The position numbers were made by a program, and so were the translations under genes. Positions 53,820 to 64,000 of a stretch of 64,000 nt of DNA are shown here, one piece after another. The stretch covers positions 62,001-126,000 of the forward strand of contig JAANOX010000061.1 in NCBI GenBank assembly GCA_020184695.1. Reading direction: 5' to 3'. The notes below the pieces were generated by a model. It did no database searches. It was not told the origin of the DNA and saw only the letters and a program-made list of their open reading frames with translations. How positions within the stretch are numbered: position 1 is the first letter of the stretch; each line of letters begins with the position of its first letter. The DNA comes from Histomonas meleagridis 2922-C6/04-290x. Its lineage: Eukaryota; Protista; Parabasalia.

Positions 53820-54468
53820 AGAACCTGGGGAAGAATGTGATTGGGAATCTATTGAAGTCTTAATGTTAAACTAATTGGCGAACGAGTTAATCGAATGCTT
53901 TTCGGCGAAACTGTTTCACGTCGAAAATACGATTGGACCAATGAAATTAGTTATGATGATCCACATGAAACAATGAGGTTAGAACCTAATAGTTTCTTAA
54001 TCCTTGAAGGTATTCAGGTTGAATCCACAACTATTAAATGCTCTTGGGAAAGAAAGATTTACACCAATATATGTTCAAGCTCTTTCACCACTTAGAGTTG
54101 AATTAAATCATCGATTTCCATGTAGTGACTTAAGGCTAATTCGAAGCTTGATTCGAGATTATTTGTTTAGAGGTTCATATCCACCTCGAGCAACATTGGA
54201 AAGATGGACAAGTGTTCGACTCGGTGAAGTGAATAAAATATTTCCTTATCAAGAAAAAGCTGAATATTTCTTTAACTCTTCTCTATTTTATGAGGTCCCT
54301 GTGCTTGGTACGATTGGGAAAGGATTGTTCATGAAAGCAATTGAGGCAAATAACGACGCGTTGAGACTTCTCAAGTTGATTAGTTTCATCCATCCATTGC
54401 CAACGGAAATTGTGCCGCATGTATCATGCATTTGCGACTTCATTGGTGGTTCTGATTTGAAATATTAG
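53820..54468 (+). pseudogene. Frameshifted, 5'-truncated uridine kinase/phosphoribulokinase-family gene
   Basis: DWESIE, ILEGIQ/LNPQL, DLRLIRSLIRD..RG and SVRLGE..IFPYQEKAEYFFNSSLFYE lie in different frames (shifts near 53870 and 54020). Confidence 0.7.
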
Positions 54469-54809
54469 ATCTATATAAAATATAAATTTTTGAATAATTA
54501 GAATTATTTATTAGATTTGCATGATCATTTAAGAAAAATAATGATTTAATTTATTGATTAAATTCAAAATATTTTGTGATGATGCTTCATGAGTTTTTTT
54601 CATCATTAATATTTTAATTCTCTAAGTACTATTGAAAGCAATTTACTCAATAATCCATTTTATATAACAAAATCAATTAAATAATATTATGAAATTCTCA
54701 TTTAATGTTTTATTTTGTTTTTATTTCTATTTCAGCTCAGACAAAAACTTTAACCACATCATTTATAATTACATTTATTTAAATACGTCAAATTACAACA
54801 AAAAAACAT

Positions 54810-57229
54810 TTTTCATAACATTTTCAATTCCTTATTGTTCAAGAAGTAATTTGGATATTTCTGTTTGATTATAAATGTATGCATACATATGATTGCATAT
54901 GTCAGTGCTGTTTCAAATAATACAAATAACTCCCAAACATCATTAAAAAACATTATTTGATTAAGGTAAACATTAAGCAAAACATATAAATGTTTTTAGC
55001 ATTAATACCTATTTCTAAATACCCATTTTTAGTAGCATACATTAGTGCTGTCTCGAAAGAATTAAATAATTTCCATATTACTTTGAAACATAAAATTACT
55101 TAAATATATATAATAAAAAATTTATCAACTGATTTAGAATTGATGTCAATTCCTTTTTGTTCAAGAAGTAATTTAACTATTTTTGTATAACCATATCGAG
55201 ATGCAATTATTAGTGCTGTTTCAAATAATTTAAATAATTTCCAAATATTATTTTGAAATATAAAATTATCAAAATAAATTTTAAATAAAACAAATAAATA
55301 TTTTTTGCATTAATATTAATTTCTTCTTGTTCAAGATGTAATTTAACTATTTCTGGTTTAGATGCATACATAAGTGCTGTTTTAAATATTTAACCGGTTA
55401 GTTCATGATATCATTATTTTTGACTGCTAAATGAAGTATTGTTCCATATTTTATTTTAGTATATCGAATTATTAAAACAAATGTCAAATAAAACAAATAA
55501 ATATGTTTGGCATTGATATTGATTTCTTTTTGTTCAAGAAGTAATTTAACTATTTCTATATGACCATTTAAATATGCTAAAATAAGTGCTGTATTAAATA
55601 TTTTTAAGGTTGAACTCCAGTAAATTGAATGAAAAACGATCAAATCCATGATTCGTAAATGGTTACCGCCTAAAAAAAATTGTTTTGTTAATAAATCGAT
55701 ACACATTTATAATTTTAATCTGTAAATAAAAATATATTTATAATTATTAATGCTCTTTGTTAAATACTAAATTATTTTAATTTTAATTTTTTTATGATAG
55801 ATAATCAATTTCACTTTGAATTAAAATATTGAAAAATCTCTCTATTACTTTATTTCAAATATTTATTACAATATTTTGATGTTATTTATTTCATTTTATC
55901 TCTTAATCCATTCCTCTCTATTATTAACAATATTTTTTCGGTGGCGACCGTTTGGAGTACAACCTTAATAATTTCCAAATATTACATTGAAATTTCAAAA
56001 TATTAAAATAAATATTAAATAAAACAAATAAATATTTTTAGCATTAATATCAATTCCTTCTTGTTCAAGAAGTATTTTAACTATTTCTGTATGACCATTA
56101 TAAGATGCAATAATAAGTGCTGTATAAAATAATTTAAATAATTTCCAAATATTATTTTGAAATATTAAATTATCAAAATAAATTTCAAATAAAACAAATA
56201 AATATCTTTAGCATTAATATCAATTCCTTTTTGCTCAAGAAGTAATTTAACTATTTCTGTATAACCATTTAAAGATGCGTACATAAGTGCTGTATAAAAT
56301 AATTTAAATAATTTCCAAATATTATTTTGAAATATTAAATTATCAAAATAAATTTCAAATAAAACAAATAAATATCTTTAGCATTAATATCAATTCCTTT
56401 TTGCTCAAGAAGTAATTTAACGATATCAAAATTACCTTTTTCAGATGCACGCATAAGTGCTGTTTTAAATATTTCGAATAATTTCCAAATATTATTTTTA
56501 TATCCAAAATTATTTAAATAAATCCAAAATAGAATCAATAAATATCTTTAACATTAGTATCAATTCCTTCATGTTGAAGAAGTAATTTAATTATTTTAAT
56601 AAAAGTGAAGATGGTTGCATTCATAAGTGCTGTTCTAAATGATTTCAATAAATTCCAAATATTATTTCAAAATTTCAAATTATTAAAATAAATTTTAATT
56701 AAATTAAACAAACTTCATCTCTTATATTCGTATCAATTCCTTCTTGTTCAAGAAGTAATTTAACTATTTCTGTATGACCATTCCAAGATGCATAAATAAG
56801 TGCTGTTTTAAATAATTTAAATAATTTCCAAATATTATTTTGAAATATCAAATTATTATAATAATTTTTAAATAAAACAAATAAATATTTTTAGCATTAA
56901 TATCAATTCCTTCTTGTTCAAGAAGTAATTTAACTATTTTTGTATAACCTTTTTTAGATGCACCCATAAGTGCTGTTTGAAATATTTCGAATAATTTCCA
57001 AATATTATTTTGATATCCAAAATTATTTAAATAAATTTTAAATAAAACAAATAAATATTTTTAGCATTAACATCAATTCCTTCTTGTTCAAGAAGCAATT
57101 TAACTATTTTTATATATCCCCCTTTAGATGCAATTCTTAATGCTGTATCAAATAATTTTAAAAATTTCCAAAAAATATTTTGAAATAGAAAATTATTAGT
57201 TGAACAAAAATAAAATCAACTAAAAAAAT
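54810..57229 (-). repeat. Interrupted ankyrin array D downstream of a DUF3447 ORF
   Basis: Units start at 57146, 56976, 56806, 56633, 56463, 56293, 56123, 55592, 55442 (fragment), 55380, 55219, 55051 and 54911. Spacers are mostly 80 nt, with two of 83 nt, one of 78 nt and one of 60 nt. The distal end is degenerate. Confidence 0.92.
55608..55964. mobile_element. 357-bp non-autonomous TTAA-targeting DNA transposon (Kolobok-like MITE)
   Basis: TIRs GGTTGAACTCCA / TGGAGTACAACC (11/12 match). TTAA duplicated at 55604-55607 and 55965-55968. Subterminal inverted similarity between 55661-55695 and 55921-55949. GG...CC termini fit Kolobok rather than piggyBac. Confidence 0.8.
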
Positions 57230-58447
57230 ATCCATAGCATTAATATTAGTTCTTTCTTGTTGAAGAGTATATTTGATTAGTTCTAGATTTACTGACTTAA
57301 CAGAATTGAGAAGTAAATCATTTGGAGTATTTTTCCCATTGATAAAATGCAAAATAAGATATAAATCACCAAATCTTGCGCATGTATCGATAATGTATCG
57401 ATCAATTTTCATTCCTTTATCCAGTAAAAATGAAAATAGTTCATAATTACAAAATTCAATACAGATTACACCTAAATTTTCTAGATTAATATCTTCTGAT
57501 TCATTATCATAAAAATATTTAAAGATATCATTCCGATGAAACATAATTGCTGCTCTATATATATCTCCAAGTGAATGATTTTGTTCACATATATGAATGA
57601 TTTCAACATTCCCACCGGCAATTGCATACATTAATGCATATTCTAAATCAGAGCCATTCATAAGCAAATATTTAAAACATTTAATTGCCCCAAAAAATGC
57701 TGCATAATCAATTAATGTAATATCCTTATCAATTTCATACTTTTTGCTAACAAATGAACATCTTTCATAAATAGATGGTTCAATCGCTTGATTAAAATTA
57801 AAATTTGTTTGTGATGATATTTCTTGAAGTTTTTCAACATCATCATTTCGAATGATTTTTGCTATTTTATTTGGATTGTGTCCTTCTTTAACATATTTTT
57901 TATGGAGCTCTTTGAAATCATTCGAGTTGAAGAACTCTATGTCTTTATTATTCTCGTAAAATATTCTTTCACCAGGACTTAAAGTATTTATATAAACATC
58001 ACCATCTGTAAAACGATGAATAAGATGGCAAGTTTTTTTAAAAACAGTTTTTGATTTAACTAAATTCCTATCAATAAGCTTTTCAAGAAGATATTGAGAT
58101 TCTTGCGATTCTAAAGAAATGAGAAACATTGTGAAGATTTTGGTCGGTTTCTGTTTCTTTAAGTTATAGATTTTTTCTTCTTCAAGTTGAAGAGATTTTA
58201 AATAATCAAGATATAAATCTGCCTGTTGGAAATGTACTACAAAACATGAGTATAACAATCTACAAACTAAAAGGTTAAATGAAAGTGGAAAGGATTCATC
58301 AAAAAAATCGAGCGTTTTTTCAACTGACTTATCAATATTACTTTCACTTAAATCAAATATAATTTTTTCGATGCTTTGCAATTGAGAAATGAAAATGTTA
58401 GTTTGGTTTGACATTTTAATCCACGGTTTCATTGAATTAACCGACAC
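57158..58447 (-). CDS. DUF3447/ankyrin-repeat protein, first segment
   Basis: TLIDYAAFFGAIKCFKYLLMNG...YAIAGGNVEIIHICEQ; paralogous to 31675-32937. The ORF stops inside the first spacer of array D. Likely ATG at 58432 or 58414. Confidence 0.9.
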   Translation of the reverse strand: MSVNSMKPWIKMSNQTNIFISQLQSIEKIIFDLSESNIDKSVEKTLDFFDESFPLSFNLLVCRLLYSCFVVHFQQADLYLDYLKSLQLEEEKIYNLKKQKPTKIFTMFLISLESQESQYLLEKLIDRNLVKSKTVFKKTCHLIHRFTDGDVYINTLSPGERIFYENNKDIEFFNSNDFKELHKKYVKEGHNPNKIAKIIRNDDVEKLQEISSQTNFNFNQAIEPSIYERCSFVSKKYEIDKDITLIDYAAFFGAIKCFKYLLMNGSDLEYALMYAIAGGNVEIIHICEQNHSLGDIYRAAIMFHRNDIFKYFYDNESEDINLENLGVICIEFCNYELFSFLLDKGMKIDRYIIDTCARFGDLYLILHFINGKNTPNDLLLNSVKSVNLELIKYTLQQERTNINAMDIFLVDFIFVQLIIFYFKIFFGNF

Positions 58448-58669
58448 TTTTGTTACAGGAAGTTGTCAAGACAAAATAAATAAGAAAATTTAACTCATAT
58501 TAAAGATAACAAACGTGTGATTTTATGAATCTAATATAATATTTTAATTAGTTAAAAACTTGGTATATATTTTTTCACTAATGCAAAAATAGAAAAAATT
58601 TAATTCATAAAAAATCTCATAAAATATATATATTACATTAATAATTGCTTTAATTTTCAAATTTTTTCC

Positions 58670-59098
58670 ACATATACATACATACATACATACATACATA
58701 CATACATACATACATACATACATACATACATACATACATACATACATACATACATACATACATACATACATACATACATACATACATACATACATACATA
58801 CATACATACATACATACATACATACATACATACATACATACATACATACATACATACATACATACATACATGTACATACATACATACATACATACATACA
58901 TACATACATACATACAGCTACATACACACATACATACACACTAACAAACATACATACATACATACACACATACATACACACATACATACATACATACATA
59001 CATACATACATACATACATACATACATACATACATACATACATACATACATACATACATACATACATACATACCTACATACATACATACATACATACA

Positions 59099-59130
<32 letters not shown>

Positions 59131-59536
59131 CATACATACATACATACATGCACATACATACATACATACATACATACATACAACTACATACATACATACA
59201 TACATACATACATACATACATGCATACATACGCATACATGCATACATACATGACATGCAGCCATATGCACATGCATACGTACATACATTCATGCATACAT
59301 ACATACATACATACATACATACATACATACATACATACATACATACATACATACATACATACATACATACATACATACATACATACATACATACATACAT
59401 ACATACATACATACATACATACATACATACATACATACATACATACATACATACACACATACATACACATACATACATACATACATACATACACACATAC
59501 ATACATACACACATACACACATACATCACATGCACA

Positions 59537-59568
<32 letters not shown>

Positions 59569-60742
59569 CATACATATACATGCAATACATACATACAACA
59601 TACGTGCATACATACATTCTTACATACATACTTGCATACATACATACATACATACATACATACATACATACATACATACATACATACATACATACAGACA
59701 TACACACATACACACATACATGCAGACATAGATAGACACAGACACACAAAAATAAATACATACATAAATACATACATACATACATGTACATACATACATA
59801 CATACATACATACATACATACATACAGTACATACATACATACATACATACATACTACATACATACATACATACATACATACATACACATACATACATACA
59901 TGCAATACATACATACATACATACATGCATACATACATACATACATACATACATACATACATACATACATACATACATACAATACATGCATACATACATA
60001 CATCACATACATGACATACATGCAGCATACATTACATGCAATACATACATACATACATACATACATACACATACATACATACATACATACATACAATACA
60101 TTACATACACTACATACATACATACATACATACATACATACATACATGCATACATACATACATACATACATGCATGCAATACATACATACATTATTTGTA
60201 CATACATACATACATACATACATACATACATGTACATACATACATACATACATACATATGACATTACATACATACATACATACATACACATACATACATA
60301 CAGTACATACATACATACATACATACGTACATACATACATACATACATACATACATACATACATACATACATACACATACATACATACATACATACATAC
60401 ATACATGTGTACATACATACATACATACATACATACATACATACATACATACATAGCATACATACATACATACATACATGCATACATACATACATACATA
60501 CATACATACATACATACATACATGACAGCATACAGACATACATACATACATACATACATACAGTACATACATACATACATACACATACATACATGACATA
60601 CATACATGACACATACATACATCATACATACATACTATACATACATACATCCATGTACATACATACATACATACATACATACATACATACATACATACAT
60701 ACATACATACATACATACATACATACATACATACATACATAC

Positions 60743-60773
<31 letters not shown>

Positions 60774-61747
60774 CATACATACATACATACATACATACAT
60801 ACATACATACATACATACATACATACATACTATGTATATACATAGCATACATACACTACATACATACATACATACATACATGCATACATACATGCACATA
60901 CATACATGCATGCATACATACATACATACATACATGCAACTTACATACATACATACATGCATACATACATACATACATACATACATACATACATACATAC
61001 ATACATACATACAGCCACATACATACATACATACATACATACATCCATACATACATACATACATACATACATACATTCATACATTCTAACATACATACAA
61101 ACATACAGACATACATACAAACATACATACAGACATACATACATACATACATACATACATACATACATACATCCATACATACATACATACATACATACAG
61201 CCTGTACAAACATACATACATACATACATACATACATACATACATACATACATACATACATACATACAGCTACATACATACATACACATACATACATACA
61301 TACATACATACATACATACAGCTCACGTACATACATACATACATACATACATACATACATACATACATACATACATACATACATACATACATACATACAT
61401 AAATACATACATACATACATACATACATACATACATACAAACATACATACAAACATACATACATACATACATACAGACATACATACATACATACATACAT
61501 AGATACATACATACAGACATACATACATACGTACATACATACATGCATACATACATACCGACATACATTCATACATACATACATACATACATGCATACAT
61601 ACATACATACATACATACATACATACATACATACATACATACATACATACATACATACATACATACATACATACATACATACATACATACATACATACAT
61701 ACATACATACATACATACATGTCACATACATACATACTATACATACA

Positions 61748-61781
<34 letters not shown>

Positions 61782-62250
61782 CATACATACATGCATACAT
61801 ACATACATACATACATACATACATGCATACATACATACATACATACATACATACAGTACATACATACATACTATACTACATACATACATACATACATACA
61901 TTCGTACATACATACATACAGACATACAGGCAGACATACATACATACATACATACATACATACACGCATACATACATACATACATACATACATACATACA
62001 TACATACATACATACATACATACATACATACCTACATACATACATACATACATACATACATACATACATACATACATACATACATACATACATACATACA
62101 TACATACATACATACATACATACATACATACATACATACACACATACATACATACATACATACATACATACATACATACATACATACATACATACATACA
62201 TACATACATACATACATACATACATACATACATACATACATACATACATA
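58670..62250. repeat. ~3.6-kb imperfect (ATAC)n/(GTAT)n microsatellite
   Basis: Continuous CATA repeats with scattered substitutions and phase slips. It is the source of all the MYVC/HTYI ORFs. Confidence 0.97.
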
Positions 62251-63076
62251 AATTTCAAATCGCAAAGGGTAATATCTTTAGTATTAATGTCAATTTCTTA
62301 CTCTGAATTTTTTTTTCAACTTGATTTATTTATCTAAACCCCATGCAAATCTCTCAATACACATGAATTGAACTCAAAATAAACTAAAAAATGTTTATAA
62401 TTTTCTAACAGCATAAGGCTTTTTTGGGACACAACCTTGGTTAATTAACCAATAAAGGTTATTGTTGTTTCATGAAATGAAACGACAACTGAGTGGACCG
62501 TTAAAAAATCTTTTGAAAAAGTGCTTTTATTTCAATACTTTATGTGAATACAATTGAAATACCAAAATAAAACAGAAATACCTTTTACAAAAATTAATTT
62601 ATAAACTAATATATGCTATTAAAAAATATAACTATTTATGTATATTATAATTTCTAAAAATGATTAGAAATTATAAGAAAAATCGATCGGAGCATTTCCT
62701 TCGATTGATGATCAGGAAAATCCCATTTTAATCAATCTAATTTTATATAGATTAAATTAAATATAGTTTTTATATTTAATTATTTCCTACATCTCATTAA
62801 TCAATTGGGAAAAAAATATTTCAAAAAAAATTCGAATTTCATAAGTTATCATTTTTTTCTAGCCACTATTTTGCTTCTTTTATATAATACATTTTGTGAG
62901 CATATATTCTAAATCTAGGCTATTAAAACATATTAAGATGAAATTTGTTCCAGGTGGTTAAGACTTTGACCTCAACAACAAGAAATCAGAAAGAACTACT
63001 TCAAAAAATAATTCAGAGGTTTAATCAAAAAGTGATGTGATTTCTTCCTCTTTGTGGAAAAGAGTCAAACTTCATA

Positions 63077-64000
63077 ATGATAGGTTATAAAAACATCAAG
63101 CTATTGAAAAATACTAAGAGTAGTCGCATTATATCTGAACAAGAAGAAAATGATAATCTTAGCCAAGATCAGTACGATTTTCTAATGGTACCTGAAAATT
63201 TCACTAACAACATAAATCAATACCTGCAAATAATAATTGAATATCTTCAAAGTGGTAAAGATATTTCTCGCTTGCCAAAAAAAGTTATCATGATAATATT
63301 TACAAATACATCAATAGAATTTGTAGAGCCAATTTTCTATGTTATTGAAAAGATTCTTGAAAAAAGCGAGGAGTATTGTCATAGTATTCTTCCAACCTAT
63401 CTTCAATATCTAATTTCGTATGTCGCCATTGATAAACCGATACCAATTGGTGTTACCAACAAAGCACTTACTATTCTTCTCCAAATTGGGGTTGACAAGC
63501 CCTCAATTTTCGGCTCAATTCCACATAAAATTTTCCAAGATTTTTTCAATTTGATATATAAATTTTATAATACATTTTTCGACTATAATCCCAATGCCAA
63601 GAAGCCAATATTTGAATCGCGTGAAATGCTTAATGAATATGTTGAGACTGTTATCAAATCGTTTGAACTTATCATTCATTTTTATGTCCATTATCCTAGT
63701 AAATGCCCAGAAGAAAATATACATCCAGGCACGCGCATCTCAGCATCTCTTACGAACATTCTCAACCTTGAAAAGATCGATGGTGTTCCTCCAGATATTG
63801 GTGTTGAAGTTGCTCAGCAATTTATTAAACATGGCATTGGTTGTGTCCATAATTTAACGAAAGGCAATTTAATTAAAAAAGACTTAAACTTTCCAATTGC
63901 TCCACCACTATTAGATGCTGTTCTTAAGAATTTACAGAATCCTGATCAAATAATTGTAGGTGAAGCATTAAAAACGTTAGTAGCTGCATGTGAAATGCAT
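63077..64000 (+). CDS. Partial hypothetical helical (ARM/HEAT-like) protein running off the window
   Basis: Manual translation is open from ATG 63077 to the window end (MIGYKNIK...EALKTLVAACEMH). It is absent from the ORF track because it has no stop in the window. Confidence 0.65.
   Translation, partial: MIGYKNIKLLKNTKSSRIISEQEENDNLSQDQYDFLMVPENFTNNINQYLQIIIEYLQSGKDISRLPKKVIMIIFTNTSIEFVEPIFYVIEKILEKSEEYCHSILPTYLQYLISYVAIDKPIPIGVTNKALTILLQIGVDKPSIFGSIPHKIFQDFFNLIYKFYNTFFDYNPNAKKPIFESREMLNEYVETVIKSFELIIHFYVHYPSKCPEENIHPGTRISASLTNILNLEKIDGVPPDIGVEVAQQFIKHGIGCVHNLTKGNLIKKDLNFPIAPPLLDAVLKNLQNPDQIIVGEALKTLVAACEMH

Noticed and set aside
227-54095. Short ORFs overlapping or antisense to long genes (e.g. 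770-1123, 11143-11424, 38352-38759, 49877-50383, 52100-52375)
   Set aside because: They are shadows of real CDSs with no recognisable motifs.
56121-56206. U12-type AT-AC introns
   Set aside because: Both available AT...AC choices leave the next unit out of frame, and there is no ATATCC donor or TCCTTAAC branch site.
56122-56211. GT...AG pair on the antisense strand bracketing spacers
   Set aside because: It arises from the ACA and GCT codons. The AG disappears wherever the Ala codon is GCA (most of array C), and no antisense ORF results.
57158-57229. Hydrophobic C-terminal tail of the DUF3447 ORF as a membrane anchor
   Set aside because: It is the T-rich spacer read in frame. All spacers give I/F/L/Y-rich peptides by composition, so selection for an anchor is not supported.
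58544-62337. Dozens of MYVC/HTYI-repeat ORFs
   Set aside because: They are translations of the (ATAC)n microsatellite, which has no stop codon in any frame.

Overview
AT-rich eukaryotic DNA with the standard genetic code and essentially intronless genes. Gene content (BspA-type LRR surface protein, DUF3447/ankyrin genes, Piwi-like Argonaute, Rabs) points to a parabasalid, probably Tritrichomonas-like; this assignment is inference. Ordinary genes include a multi-GAF phosphodiesterase, ribosomal P0, profilin, two Rab-like GTPases, a TKL kinase, an MFS transporter, an adaptin mu chain, Vps8-like, Sec13-like, transketolase, Arp2 and tRNA-Thr(UGU). The main observation is four loci (28.8-29.4 kb, 31.0-32.9 kb, 40.5-46.1 kb, 54.8-58.4 kb) where ankyrin repeats are not encoded contiguously. 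Each ~30-codon, stop-free ankyrin unit is separated from the next by an AT-rich spacer that is almost always exactly 80 nt. This gives a 170-bp period, so the reading frame rotates at every unit. The spacers carry stop codons, lack any frame-restoring GT-AG or AT-AC solution, and are built from 20-nt blocks. Two of the arrays continue DUF3447 ORFs, and one spacer has been hit by a TTAA-targeting MITE whose removal restores exactly 80 nt. How these units are joined (non-canonical splicing, ribosomal bypass or DNA-level cassette assembly) cannot be decided from DNA alone, and I cannot check whether it has been described. All counts and coordinates were read manually.
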